Below, in pieces: positions 18,398-28,985 of a DNA stretch of 64,000 bases. Position 1 is the first letter of the stretch; each line of letters opens with the position of its first letter. The notes beneath the pieces are model-generated. The model did not search any database, was not told the origin of the DNA, and was given only the letters and a program-made list of their open reading frames with translations. A program made the position numbers and the translations under genes. This stretch comes from an uncultured Acidobacteriota bacterium (GTDB taxonomy: Bacteria > Acidobacteriota > Vicinamibacteria > Vicinamibacterales > CAVVIG01): positions 30,383 through 94,382 of the forward strand of contig CAWIYH010000004.1 in the NCBI GenBank assembly GCA_963840225.1. The letters run 5' to 3'.

Positions 18398-19321
18398 CTA
18401 CGCGCGCCCGGCCGCCGTGGCCTGGGCGAAGCGCGATGGCAGTCGGTGATCCAGCCGGCTGCCGATGAAGGCCGACGCTTCCGACAGTTTCTCGAGCGAC
18501 ACGCCCGTGTCGGCTCCCAGACCATCGAGCATATACACCAGATCGTCGGTGGCCAGGTTGCCCGCCGCGCCCGGTGCGTACGGGCAGCCGCCCAGGCCGC
18601 CGGCCGAGGCGTCGAACGTGTTCACGCCGAACGCCAGCGCCGCGAGCACGTTGGCGAGCGCCGTGCCCCGCGTGTCGTGGAAGTGCAGGGCGACCTGGTG
18701 GATCGCGACTCGCGCGAGGACCGCGTCGAGCACCCGCGAGACGTCGTCGGGGCGAGCGATGCCGATGGTGTCGCTGACCGCCACTTCGAAGACCCCGAGA
18801 TCCAGCAGCCGGGATGCCACCTCGGCGACGCGGATTTCGTCGACCCGCCCTTCGAACGGACAGCCGAAGGCCGTCGAGAGGTAGCCGCGGACGCGCAGCC
18901 CTGAGTTCAGCGCCCGTTCGCAGACGGCCCGATAGGTCGTCAGCGAGTCGTCGATGCTCTGATTGATGTTCCGACGGCTGAACGTCTCGCTCGAGGCGGC
19001 AAAGATGGCGACCTCGGAGATCGCGGCGGCCAGCGCGCGGTCGAGACCCGCCAGGTTGGGCACGAGCGCCGTGTACCGCGTGCCGGCCCGACGCCCGATT
19101 CCGGCGAACACCTCCGCGGCATCGGCCATCTGCGGCACCCACTTCGGGCTCACGAAGGCCGACACCTCGATCACGGGCAGGTTCGCGGCGCTCAGCCGGT
19201 CGACGAACGCGATCTTGTCAGGTGTCGCGATCGGGGCGTGCTCGTTCTGCAGGCCGTCGCGCGGACCCACCTCGACGATGGTGATCGTCCGGCCGCGGAT
19301 GGCGGAGAGAAAATTCGTCAT
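18398..19321 (-). CDS. liuE: hydroxymethylglutaryl-CoA lyase
   Basis: 307 aa. IVEVGPRDGLQNE...IEVSAFVSPKWVPQM...HFHDTRGTALANVLAAL...GGLGGCPYAPGAAGN are canonical HMGL motifs. It is the last gene of the liu-type operon. Confidence 0.9.
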   Translation of the reverse strand: MTNFLSAIRGRTITIVEVGPRDGLQNEHAPIATPDKIAFVDRLSAANLPVIEVSAFVSPKWVPQMADAAEVFAGIGRRAGTRYTALVPNLAGLDRALAAAISEVAIFAASSETFSRRNINQSIDDSLTTYRAVCERALNSGLRVRGYLSTAFGCPFEGRVDEIRVAEVASRLLDLGVFEVAVSDTIGIARPDDVSRVLDAVLARVAIHQVALHFHDTRGTALANVLAALAFGVNTFDASAGGLGGCPYAPGAAGNLATDDLVYMLDGLGADTGVSLEKLSEASAFIGSRLDHRLPSRFAQATAAGRA

Positions 19322-19361
19322 AGGGCGACGCCGGGTCGGACGCCGTGCATCGACCCCGCGC

Positions 19362-19793
19362 CTACTCCAGCTCGATCAGCGCCGTTTCGGGCTGGACGAG
19401 ATCTCCTTCCTGGCAGTTGACCGCCGTCACCGTCGCATCGGCCGCCGCACGGATCGGCAGCTCCATCTTCATGGCCTCGAGGACGACGACCGTGTCGCCT
19501 TTCTTGACGACGGCCCCCGGCGCGACCAGGACCTTCAGCACGGTCGCCGGCATCGGCGCGGTCAGGGCGTGAGCCACATGGGCGCGTCCGCCGCCGCGAC
19601 GCGACAAAGTGCGGTCTTCGATGCGGAAGGTCTCGCCGTCGCAGAACGCCCATTGGTTGGACGGGGGACCGGCGACGTACACGAGACGGCTCCGCCCGTC
19701 GTGCTCCACGCGGTAGGTCCCGGGGCCGACCCGGGTGACCGTCGGCGCGCCGGTCACGCGCGCCACCCTCGGAGCTGCAGCCACGGATCCCAT
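19362..19793 (-). CDS. liuD: biotin carboxyl carrier (BT + BCCP) portion of methylcrotonyl-CoA carboxylase alpha, as a separate ORF
   Basis: The C-terminus is APMPATVLKVLVAPGAVVKKGDTVVVLEAMKMELPIRA (biotinyl-Lys motif AMKM). It overlaps the biotin carboxylase ORF in another frame. A GTG at 19757 overlaps the upstream TGA (GTGA). Confidence 0.8.
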   Translation of the reverse strand: MGSVAAAPRVARVTGAPTVTRVGPGTYRVEHDGRSRLVYVAGPPSNQWAFCDGETFRIEDRTLSRRGGGRAHVAHALTAPMPATVLKVLVAPGAVVKKGDTVVVLEAMKMELPIRAAADATVTAVNCQEGDLVQPETALIELE

Positions 19794-21247
19794 CCGGCGT
19801 GGGATTGGGCCGCACCCGGGGCGATCGGCGCGTCTGCGTGCGCCGCGGCCGCGGCCGCCACGTCGGGCGGCACCTCAGTGCCGTCCCGGCTCGTCAGCGC
19901 CGCGCCCTCCCTGTCGAGGAATGTCGTGTCGATCGAACCCGCGTGGAACGTCGGGTGGCCGAGAATCCGGAGCAGGAATGGCACGTTGGTCCGGATGCCG
20001 AGAATCGGATATTGCCGCAGCGCCGAGGTGAGGCGGGCGATCGCGAGGTCGCGCGTCTCCGCCGTCGCGATCACCTTGGCGAGCATCGGGTCGTAGTGGA
20101 CCGACACGTGGCCGCCTTCGTCGATTCCGGCGTCGATCCGCACGCCGGGCAGCCGAGGTTCCCGGTAGAGCAGGACTTGGCCCGCCTGCGGCAGAAAGCC
20201 CTCGGCGGGATCCTCGGCGTACACGCGCGCCTCGACGGCGTGGCCGCGCTGCGTGAGCGAGCTCTGAGTCCAGGGCAGCACCTCGCCTGATGCGACGAGC
20301 AGCTGCGCCCGCACGAGATCGACGCCGGCCACCTGTTCGGTGACCGGGTGTTCGACCTGAAGCCTGGTATTCATTTCGAGGAAATAGAAGCGGGCCTCGT
20401 CGCCCGTGCCTTCGAGCAGGAACTCGACCGTTCCGGCATTCCGGTACCCGACGGCTCTGGCCGCCTGAACCGCCGCGGCAGTCATGGCCGCGCGGAGTGC
20501 CGGCGTCAGTGCAGGCGACGGGCTTTCCTCGATGACCTTCTGGTGGCGCCGCTGCACGGAGCACTCGCGCTCGAACAGGTGCACGACGTTTCCAGAAGCG
20601 TCGCCGAAGACCTGCACCTCGACGTGGCGCGGCCGATCGACCAGGCGCTCGACGTAGAGCGTGCCGTCGCCGAACGCGGCCGTTGCCTCGCGCCGGGCGG
20701 CCTGCACCGACTCGAGAAGCTGCGAGCCATCACGGACGAGGCGCATGCCCTTGCCGCCGCCTCCAGCCGACGCCTTGACCAGGACCGGAAGGCCGACTCT
20801 CGCGATAGCAGACTGGATGCCCTCGTCGGACTGATCTGACGGCATGTCTCCCGGCACCACCGGGACGCCGGCAGCCTGCATGAGGCGCCGCGCGTCCACC
20901 TTCGACCCCATTTGCGCGATGGCGTCGGCGGGCGGGCCGACGAAGACGAGGCCGGCGTTCTCGCAGGCGCCGGCGAACGCTGCGTTCTCGGAGAGAAATC
21001 CGTAGCCCGGGTGAACGGCGTCCGCCCCGGTTTCCCCCGCGGCGGCCATGAGCGCCGGTATCGACAGGTAGCTGGCCGCCGCCGGGGCCGCACCGATGGC
21101 CACCGCGCGGTCGGCCGCGGCCACGTGCGGCGCCGCGGCATCCGGCTCGGAGTAGACGGCGACGGTTTCCACCGCAAGCTCGCGGCAGGCGCGGATGATC
21201 CTCAAGGCAATCTCGCCGCGGTTCGCAATCAGCAGGCGCCTGATCAT
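19754..21247 (-). CDS. liuD: biotin carboxylase portion of methylcrotonyl-CoA carboxylase alpha
   Basis: 497 aa. MIRRLLIANRGEIALRIIRACRE...GYGFLSENAAFA...ASAGGGGKGMRLV...EMNTRLQVEHPVTE. It ends ...DPWLQLRGWRA*, at the point where fused homologues continue. Confidence 0.9.
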   Translation of the reverse strand: MIRRLLIANRGEIALRIIRACRELAVETVAVYSEPDAAAPHVAAADRAVAIGAAPAAASYLSIPALMAAAGETGADAVHPGYGFLSENAAFAGACENAGLVFVGPPADAIAQMGSKVDARRLMQAAGVPVVPGDMPSDQSDEGIQSAIARVGLPVLVKASAGGGGKGMRLVRDGSQLLESVQAARREATAAFGDGTLYVERLVDRPRHVEVQVFGDASGNVVHLFERECSVQRRHQKVIEESPSPALTPALRAAMTAAAVQAARAVGYRNAGTVEFLLEGTGDEARFYFLEMNTRLQVEHPVTEQVAGVDLVRAQLLVASGEVLPWTQSSLTQRGHAVEARVYAEDPAEGFLPQAGQVLLYREPRLPGVRIDAGIDEGGHVSVHYDPMLAKVIATAETRDLAIARLTSALRQYPILGIRTNVPFLLRILGHPTFHAGSIDTTFLDREGAALTSRDGTEVPPDVAAAAAAHADAPIAPGAAQSHAGWDPWLQLRGWRA

Positions 21248-21250
21248 GGC

Positions 21251-22084
21251 CTACGAGCCGCCCTGGCCTTCCTTTGTGTGCCCGCCGGCCGACGGCGGGC
21301 TCGTCCAGGCCGGACGCCGCTTCTCGAGAAACGCCTTCATGCCCTCCTGGCCCTCGGCGGAGACGCGGCGGGCGGCGATGGTGGATGCGGTGATCCCCAT
21401 GGCAGCCTCGGGCGTGCGATGCCACACCTCGGGGATGAGGGCCTTCGCCGCGGCGACACCGTCCGGCCCGGCCGTGAGGATCTCCTGGACGCAGCCGGCC
21501 ACGGTCGCGTCGAGCTGCGCCGACGCCACGACGGCATGAACGAGCCCGATTTCGCGGGCCCGGGCGGCGGTGAAGCGGGCGCCGGTCAGAAACAGCTCGC
21601 GCGCCGCCGAACGGCCGATCTTGGCGAGCGCGAAGGGCGAGATGACCGCCGGCAGAATGCCGAGCTTGACCTCCGTGAACCCGAACAAGGCCTGTTCCTC
21701 GGCGACGACGATGTCGCAGACGGCGGCGAGCCCGCAGCCGCCCCCGAGCGCGGCGCCGTGGATGCGGCCGATGAGCGGCACGGGAATCCGATCGAGCGCC
21801 GCGAACATGCGCGACATCGCCATCGCGTCGCGAAGGTTCTCCGCCTCGGTGTAGCGGACCATCTTCGACATCCAGGTGAGGTCGGCGCCGGCGCAGAACA
21901 CCTTGCCGGCCCCGCCGAGCACGACCGCCCGCAGGCCGTCGCGCCGCGCGCCGTCGACGCCTTCGGCCCAGGCCGTCAGCTCGCCGATCACTTCTTCGTT
22001 GAAGGCATTGCGCACGTCGGGCCGGTTGAGCGTCAGACGTTCGACCGGCCCCTCACGCGTCGCGTCGATGTGCTGGTATGTCAT
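21251..22084 (-). CDS. liuC: methylglutaconyl-CoA hydratase (enoyl-CoA hydratase/crotonase family)
   Basis: MTYQHIDATREGPVERLTLNRPDVRNAFN...VVLGGAGKVFCAGADL...GAALGGGCGLAAVCDIVVA. The start at 22084 is preferred over the track start at 22171. Confidence 0.85.
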   Translation of the reverse strand: MTYQHIDATREGPVERLTLNRPDVRNAFNEEVIGELTAWAEGVDGARRDGLRAVVLGGAGKVFCAGADLTWMSKMVRYTEAENLRDAMAMSRMFAALDRIPVPLIGRIHGAALGGGCGLAAVCDIVVAEEQALFGFTEVKLGILPAVISPFALAKIGRSAARELFLTGARFTAARAREIGLVHAVVASAQLDATVAGCVQEILTAGPDGVAAAKALIPEVWHRTPEAAMGITASTIAARRVSAEGQEGMKAFLEKRRPAWTSPPSAGGHTKEGQGGS

Positions 22085-22136
22085 GTCGATTGATTGGAGC
22101 CACCCGCCTCCGCTCGCCCGCGGATGAAGCCGCGCG

Positions 22137-23744
<1,608 letters not shown>

Positions 23745-23754
23745 CAGGGGGACT

Positions 23755-23943
23755 TCACCATCCGCAGCAGTCGGACTTGAACCCGCAGCCGGGACAGCGC
23801 CAGACCGCGTGCATGCGGTACATCTCGGCGCCGCACCGATCGCAGAGCATCTTGGGCTCGCCGGCCGACTGCCCCGGCCCCTCCGCGGCCCGAACCGGAG
23901 TCACCGGCCGCGGCGGCACACGTGGCGGGACGGCGTCGGACAT
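23755..23943 (-). CDS. small zinc-ribbon protein (putative), first ORF of the liu operon
   Basis: 62 aa. Pro-rich N-terminus, then [31 protein letters not shown] (CxxC...CxxC plus terminal CC). Its stop lies 10 nt before the liuB start. Confidence 0.4.
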   Translation of the reverse strand: MSDAVPPRVPPRPVTPVRAAEGPGQSAGEPKMLCDRCGAEMYRMHAVWRCPGCGFKSDCCGW

Positions 23944-24116
23944 GCGCGGGATTATCTCATAGCCAATTCGCGCCCGGGGACCGGCCGGCCCGGCCGCAAC
24001 TTACGGCTACCCCTGTGGTTGTAAGCGGTCGCGAATACATCGGCTTAGCTCAAATCTCATCAGTATTGGAAACAATACGGAATGTAACTTTGAGATACAA
24101 ATCACGCCGATGTGTA

Positions 24117-24144
24117 TTGACTCATTGCGCGCTGTTGATACACT
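24117..24144 (+). promoter_or_regulatory. sigma-70-like promoter candidate for the NtrC-type regulator
   Basis: TTGACT-N16-TACACT sits in an AT-richer 200-bp intergenic region. The -10 ends 9 nt before the ATG at 24154 and there is no SD (leaderless or very short leader). Confidence 0.3.
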
Positions 24145-24153
24145 TCCGAGTCT

Positions 24154-25590
24154 ATGAGTCTCAAACGCAGGAAGCGCGTGTTGGCCATCGACGACGAGCC
24201 GGCGATGACCGAGTGGCTCAAGATCCTGCTCGAGCACGCGGGCTACGATGTGCGGACGGCGCTCATCGGCACCCGCGGCGAAGAGCTCTTCAAGACTTGG
24301 CGGCCCGATGCCGTCGTCACCGACATGATGCTGCCCGACGTCGACGGCATCGAGCTGGTGCGGACCTTCAAGCAGCTCGATCCGGAAGCCGAGGTCATCG
24401 TCATCACCGGCCAGGGAAACATCCCGCGCTCGGTCGAGGCGGTCAAGGCCGGCGCCTTCGACTTCCTGGAGAAGCCGGTCGATGCCGAGCGGCTGCTCGA
24501 CAAGATGGAAAAGGCCATCAAGCAGAAGACGCTGATGGACGAGAACGAGCAGCTCAAGCAGAAGCTGCAGGACCGCTACAAGTTCCAGAACGTGATCGGC
24601 AAGAGCAAGAAGATGCAGGAGCTTTTCGAGCTCATTGAAAGCGTCGCCGCGAGCGAGGCCAATATCCTCATCCAGGGCGAGAACGGCACCGGGAAGGAGC
24701 TGATCGCCAACGCCATCCACTACAACAGCAAGCGGTCCAAGGGGCCGTTCATCAAGATCAACTGCGCGGCCATCCCGAAGGACCTGATCGAGTCGGAGCT
24801 GTTCGGATACAAGAAGGGCGCCTTCACCGGGGCGACGATGGACAAGGAGGGGCTCTTCGAGATGGCCGAAGGCGGCTCCCTCCTGCTGGACGAGATCGGA
24901 GAGATGCCGTCCTACCTGCAGACCAAGCTGCTGCGCGTCCTGCAGGAGCGCGAGTATCGTCCCATCGGCAGCGATCGCATCGTCCACGTCGACTTCCGGC
25001 TGGTTTGCGCGACGAACATCGACCTCGACACGGCGCTGCGGGAAGGGCGTCTGCGCGAGGACCTCTACTTCCGGATCAACACGATCACCCTCCGCGTGCC
25101 GCCGCTGCGCGAGCGGACCGAGGACATCCCCCTGCTGTGCGACTACTTCCTCGACAAGTTCCGCCAGCGCTACCAGAAGAACGTCAAGACGCTCGCCCCC
25201 TCGGTGTACCACCTGCTCATCCGGAACCGCTGGCCCGGCAACGTCCGCGAGCTCGAGAACGCGATCGAGCGGGCGGTGCTGGTCGCCAAGGGCAGCGAGA
25301 TCATGGTCGGCGACCTGCCGGAGTCGATTCGCGAGGAATCGAGCAGCTCGACCGATTTCGTGATTCCGCCGCATCGTACGCTTGCCGAAATCGAGAAGAT
25401 GGCGATCCTGCAGACGCTGCAGCGCACGAACTGGAACAAGCAGGAGGCGGCGCAGATCCTCGGGCTGTACCGGCCGACGCTGTACAGCAAGATGAAGAAG
25501 CACGACATCCGCGACATGGGAAAGGCGGCGCGCACCGCGTCGGCGACGCCGTCACCGGCCCCTGCGCCGCCGCCCCCGGCCGCGACGTGA
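24154..25590 (+). CDS. sigma-54-dependent response regulator (NtrC/Fis family enhancer-binding protein)
   Basis: The receiver domain has AIDDEP...DAVVTDMMLPDVDG. The AAA+ domain has GENGTGKELIA, the GAFTGA loop (KKGAFTGA) and RVPPLRER. The C-terminal Fis-type HTH is NWNKQEAAQILGLYRPTLYSKM. Confidence 0.9.
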   Translation: MSLKRRKRVLAIDDEPAMTEWLKILLEHAGYDVRTALIGTRGEELFKTWRPDAVVTDMMLPDVDGIELVRTFKQLDPEAEVIVITGQGNIPRSVEAVKAGAFDFLEKPVDAERLLDKMEKAIKQKTLMDENEQLKQKLQDRYKFQNVIGKSKKMQELFELIESVAASEANILIQGENGTGKELIANAIHYNSKRSKGPFIKINCAAIPKDLIESELFGYKKGAFTGATMDKEGLFEMAEGGSLLLDEIGEMPSYLQTKLLRVLQEREYRPIGSDRIVHVDFRLVCATNIDLDTALREGRLREDLYFRINTITLRVPPLRERTEDIPLLCDYFLDKFRQRYQKNVKTLAPSVYHLLIRNRWPGNVRELENAIERAVLVAKGSEIMVGDLPESIREESSSSTDFVIPPHRTLAEIEKMAILQTLQRTNWNKQEAAQILGLYRPTLYSKMKKHDIRDMGKAARTASATPSPAPAPPPPAAT

Positions 25591-25643
25591 GCCGCGGGCC
25601 GGGCCCGCCGGGGTCTGCCGCAGGCAGGCCGATTCGCCTGAAT

Positions 25644-25659
25644 CGGAACTGGAATTGCA
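25644..25659 (+). promoter_or_regulatory. sigma-54 (-24/-12) type promoter candidate upstream of mlaE
   Basis: cGGAACtggaaTTGCA has correct GG-N10-GC spacing. It lies 54 nt after the activator's stop codon and 17 nt before the mlaE ATG. Confidence 0.4.
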
Positions 25660-25675
25660 GACCTTGACTGCGCCG

Positions 25676-26476
25676 ATGCAGGCGCTGTCGAAAGCAGATC
25701 GGGTCGGAGACTCGGTCGTCCAGTTTCTTGAATGGACCGGCGCGCTCGCCACCTTCGGCGGCCGCGTCCTGATCGACGCCCTTCGCCCGCCGTACGAGCC
25801 TGCCGAGGTTCTCCACCACCTGTACCGTTACGGCGCGCGCTCGGCGCCGCTCATCCTGACCGCGGGCGTGGCCATCGGCGTCGTTTTGTCCATGCACACG
25901 CGCGCCTCGCTCGCGCGCTTCGGCGCCGAGGCGATGATCCCGGCGGGGCTGGCGCTGGCCCTGATTCGCGAAACCGGCCCGCTGACCGCCGGGCTGCTCG
26001 TGGCCGGCCGCGTGGGCGCCGGGATTGGCGCCGAGATCGGCGCGATGAAGGTGACCGAGCAGATCGACGCCCTCGAGGCGACGGCGGTCGATGCCTTCAA
26101 GTACCTCGCCGTGCCGCGCGTCATCGCCTGCATGATCGCGATGCCCCTCCTGACGATCATGATGGACTTCGCGGGCATCGTCGGCGGGTGGATAGCGGAA
26201 GCGATCGCGTCGGGGATGTCCTGGCGGCTGTACTTCGAGCGATCGTTCACGCTGATCGACTACTCCGACCTGCTGCCGGCGACGCTCAAGACGATCGTCT
26301 TCGGCTACCTGATTGGGGTCGTTGCGAGCTACCTCGGCTTCTCGACCGGACGCGGCACCGAGGGAGTGGGGGAGGCGTCGACCCGCAGCGTCGTGCTCGC
26401 GTCGATCCTCATCATTCTGAGCGACGTCCTGCTCGTGAAGCTGATCTTCTTCTTCTATCCGCAGGTGTCCGCGTGA
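25676..26476 (+). CDS. mlaE: MlaE-family ABC transporter permease
   Basis: ...GPLTAGLLVAGRVGAGIGAEIGAMKVTEQIDALEATAVDAFKYLAVPRVIA... is the MlaE/YrbE signature. The ATG at 25676 is preferred over the TTG at 25655, which lies inside the promoter motif. Confidence 0.85.
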   Translation: MQALSKADRVGDSVVQFLEWTGALATFGGRVLIDALRPPYEPAEVLHHLYRYGARSAPLILTAGVAIGVVLSMHTRASLARFGAEAMIPAGLALALIRETGPLTAGLLVAGRVGAGIGAEIGAMKVTEQIDALEATAVDAFKYLAVPRVIACMIAMPLLTIMMDFAGIVGGWIAEAIASGMSWRLYFERSFTLIDYSDLLPATLKTIVFGYLIGVVASYLGFSTGRGTEGVGEASTRSVVLASILIILSDVLLVKLIFFFYPQVSA

Positions 26477-27216
26477 GCGGGACGACGGCCGTCAGCCTGA
26501 CGCACGTGTCGAAGCGCTTCGGGCGCCGGGAGGTGCTCGTCGACGTCTCGTTCGACGTGCCGAAAGGGCAGGCGTTCTGCCTGCTCGGGCGGAGCGGCAC
26601 CGGCAAGAGCGTCACGCTCAGGCACATCATCGGCCTGGTCCGTCCGGATGCGGGGACGGTGGTCGTCGACGGCCGCGACGTCGCCGCCGCCGGCGCGCGC
26701 CAGCTGACCGACATCCGGCGCCATGTCGGTTTCCTGTTCCAGAACGCCGCGCTGTTCGACTCGATGACCGTCGGCGACAACGTCGCGTTTCCCCTGCGCC
26801 GCCATACGGATCTGTCGTCCGCGGAGATTCGCGAGCGCGTCCGCCAGAAGCTGGCCGAGGTCGGCCTCGAGCGCGAGATCGACAAGATGCCGGCGGAACT
26901 GTCGGGCGGGATGCGCAAACGCGCGGCGCTGGCGCGCGCCATGGCGCTCGACCCGGCGCTGCTGCTCGTGGACGAGCCGAGCGCCGGGCTGGATCCGATC
27001 ACGGCGGGCGAGATCGATGAGCTGCTCGTCGCCCGGAAGCGCGCCGGCGCCACGCTCGTCGTCGTGACCCACAGCATTCCGAGCGCGCGCGCCATCGGCG
27101 ACGAGCTGGCGATGCTCGACCGCGGCCGGATCGTCGCCCGCGGCACGGCAGCCGCGCTCGACGCGAGCGACAACGACCTCGTCCAGGCCTTCATGCGCTC
27201 GAAGGGGGGCGGCTAG
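26473..27216 (+). CDS. mlaF: MlaF-type ABC transporter ATP-binding protein
   Basis: The GTG start overlaps the mlaE stop (GTGA). Walker A is GRSGTGKSV, the signature is LSGGMRKRAALARA and Walker B is LLLVDEPSAGLD. Confidence 0.85.
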   Translation: MSGTTAVSLTHVSKRFGRREVLVDVSFDVPKGQAFCLLGRSGTGKSVTLRHIIGLVRPDAGTVVVDGRDVAAAGARQLTDIRRHVGFLFQNAALFDSMTVGDNVAFPLRRHTDLSSAEIRERVRQKLAEVGLEREIDKMPAELSGGMRKRAALARAMALDPALLLVDEPSAGLDPITAGEIDELLVARKRAGATLVVVTHSIPSARAIGDELAMLDRGRIVARGTAAALDASDNDLVQAFMRSKGGG

Positions 27217-27217
27217 C

Positions 27218-28585
27218 GTGGCGACGCCTTCGCGCGTGGCCGGCGTCGGGGCGTTCGTCCTCGCAGGCGTCGCCCTCATCGGCATCGGCCTGTTCATGAT
27301 TGGCGATCGCCGGATGGCCTTCGCTGACACGTTCACCATCTACACGTCGTTCCACCAGATCACGGGGGTGCAGACGGGCGCGATTGTTCGCGTGTCGGGC
27401 GCCCGGGCGGGGTCGGTGCAGGAGATCGCGGTGCCGACCGGCCCCGCCGGCACGTTCCGCGTGACGCTCCAGATCGACGAGAAGCTGCATCCGCTGGTCC
27501 GGACCGATTCGATCGCGAAGATCCGGACCGAGGGGCTGGTGGGCGGGTCTTACCTCGCGATCTCGACAGGGAGCGAAAGCGCACCGCGCGCGGCGGACGG
27601 CTCGACCATTCCGAGCCAGGAGCCGTTCGACGTCTCGGATCTGCTGCAGCAGATGAGCGACACGATCCGGGTGGTGAACGGCACCATCGCTTCGGTGCAG
27701 GACGAGCTCGAGCGCGCCATCAAGTCGGTGACCGACACCGTGCACGACGCCGATGACCTTATTGCCAGTCTCCGCGGCGACATCACCTCGATGGCCACGA
27801 CCGGGGCGCGCATCATGGCAGACGCCGCGCAGATTGCCGACGGCATCCGGCAAGGGCAAGGTACCATCGGCAAGCTCGTGACCGACGACGCGCTCTACAC
27901 GAAGGCGGTGGGCATCGCGACGAATGCCGAGCAGGTGGCAGTCGAGACGCGTCAAGCCGTCGCGGCGGCGTCACAGGCGATTGCCTCGCTCCGCCAGCAA
28001 AGCGGACCGGTCAGCGACGTCGCCACCAACCTGAGAGCGACGCTCGGCGGCGCGCGCCGCGCCATGGCCGAGCTGGCCGACGACATGGCGGCGCTCAAGC
28101 ACAACTTCCTCCTCCGCGGCTTCTTCAAGAGCCGCGGCTATTTCTCGCTGGCGGGCATCTCCCCGGCCGACTACCTGAAGGGGCGGCTCACCGAGAACGG
28201 TGACCGCCGCAAGATTCGCGTCTGGCTCCGCGAGGAGGTCCTGTTCGAACCGGTGCCCGGCCACCCGGACCAGGAGCGTCTGAGCGATGCGGGCCGGGCG
28301 CGTCTCGATGCGGCCATCGCGCCCTTCCTCACCTATCTGGCCGATACGCCCCTGGTGGTGGAGGGGTATTCTCAGGCGGGGGCGCGGGCCGAGCGGTACT
28401 TGCGATCGCGCAGCCGTGCCGGTCTCGTCCGCGACTACCTCCTGGAACGCTTCGCGCTCGATCCGCAAAACGTGGGCGACATGCCGCTCGGCGAGCAGTC
28501 GGTCGGCACCCCCGGCGACCGGCCGTGGGACGGCGTGGCGCTGGCCGTATTCCTCGACCGGCACATGACGCGTCCTCCGTCATGA
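27218..28585 (+). CDS. mlaD: MlaD/MCE-domain protein with coiled-coil linker and C-terminal OmpA/MotB-like domain
   Basis: N-terminal TM plus MCE fold (FTIYTSFHQITGVQTGAIVRVSGARAGSVQEI). The C-terminus is PLVVEGYSQAGARAERYLRSRSRAGLVRDYLLERFALDPQNVGDMPLGEQ (OmpA_C-like pattern). Confidence 0.8.
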   Translation: MATPSRVAGVGAFVLAGVALIGIGLFMIGDRRMAFADTFTIYTSFHQITGVQTGAIVRVSGARAGSVQEIAVPTGPAGTFRVTLQIDEKLHPLVRTDSIAKIRTEGLVGGSYLAISTGSESAPRAADGSTIPSQEPFDVSDLLQQMSDTIRVVNGTIASVQDELERAIKSVTDTVHDADDLIASLRGDITSMATTGARIMADAAQIADGIRQGQGTIGKLVTDDALYTKAVGIATNAEQVAVETRQAVAAASQAIASLRQQSGPVSDVATNLRATLGGARRAMAELADDMAALKHNFLLRGFFKSRGYFSLAGISPADYLKGRLTENGDRRKIRVWLREEVLFEPVPGHPDQERLSDAGRARLDAAIAPFLTYLADTPLVVEGYSQAGARAERYLRSRSRAGLVRDYLLERFALDPQNVGDMPLGEQSVGTPGDRPWDGVALAVFLDRHMTRPPS

Positions 28586-28692
28586 TTCCGGACGCACCTC
28601 GACCGCCCCCTCCCTCCGAGCCGCAGGTGCGGGTTGACGCGGCCGTGGCACATAACTTGAAGTCTCAGCAGCTCAACGAACCAGGAGGGCGC

Positions 28693-28971
28693 GTGGCGGA
28701 AAACTCGCGGGCGATAGCAGCGGCATTCATTGGCGGTGCGGTCGGGGCTCTGGCCGGCTACATGCTCTTCACCGAGCGGGGCCGGCAGTGGCGGCGGCAG
28801 ATCGAGCCTTCCCTCGATGAGCTGGCGCGCGAGCTGAATCGACTGCGCGGAACCATGGGCAAGGCTGCCGGCGTGGCGGCGGAAGGGTGGAAGCTCCTGA
28901 ACGAGACGGTCGGCGAGACCGAATCGGTCGCCGGGCGGTACTCGGCGCCGCGCCAGTCCTCTCCATTCTGA
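28693..28971 (+). CDS. YtxH-like small membrane-anchored protein
   Basis: GTG at 28693 behind AGGAGGG. AAAFIGGAVGALAGYMLFTERGRQWRRQIEPSLDELARELNRL fits the YtxH pattern (G-rich helix then LFAPxxGxxxR). An alternative ATGA-coupled start lies at 28582. Confidence 0.55.
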   Translation: MAENSRAIAAAFIGGAVGALAGYMLFTERGRQWRRQIEPSLDELARELNRLRGTMGKAAGVAAEGWKLLNETVGETESVAGRYSAPRQSSPF

Positions 28972-28985
28972 TCTGAGGCGCCATC

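Noticed and set aside
25732-27216. 494-aa ORF, and similar long 5' extensions at 32349-34226, 16043-16825 and 33953-34573
   Set aside because: These are artefacts of taking the most upstream alternative start. The N-terminal parts overlap the preceding genes out of frame and are Arg-rich. Internal starts with SD or stop-start overlaps fit the conserved domains.
28582-28692. ATGA-coupled start at 28582 for the YtxH-like gene
   Set aside because: The extra 37 residues are Pro-rich and not family-like. The GTG at 28693 has a strong AGGAGGG 4 nt upstream. I kept it as an alternative only.
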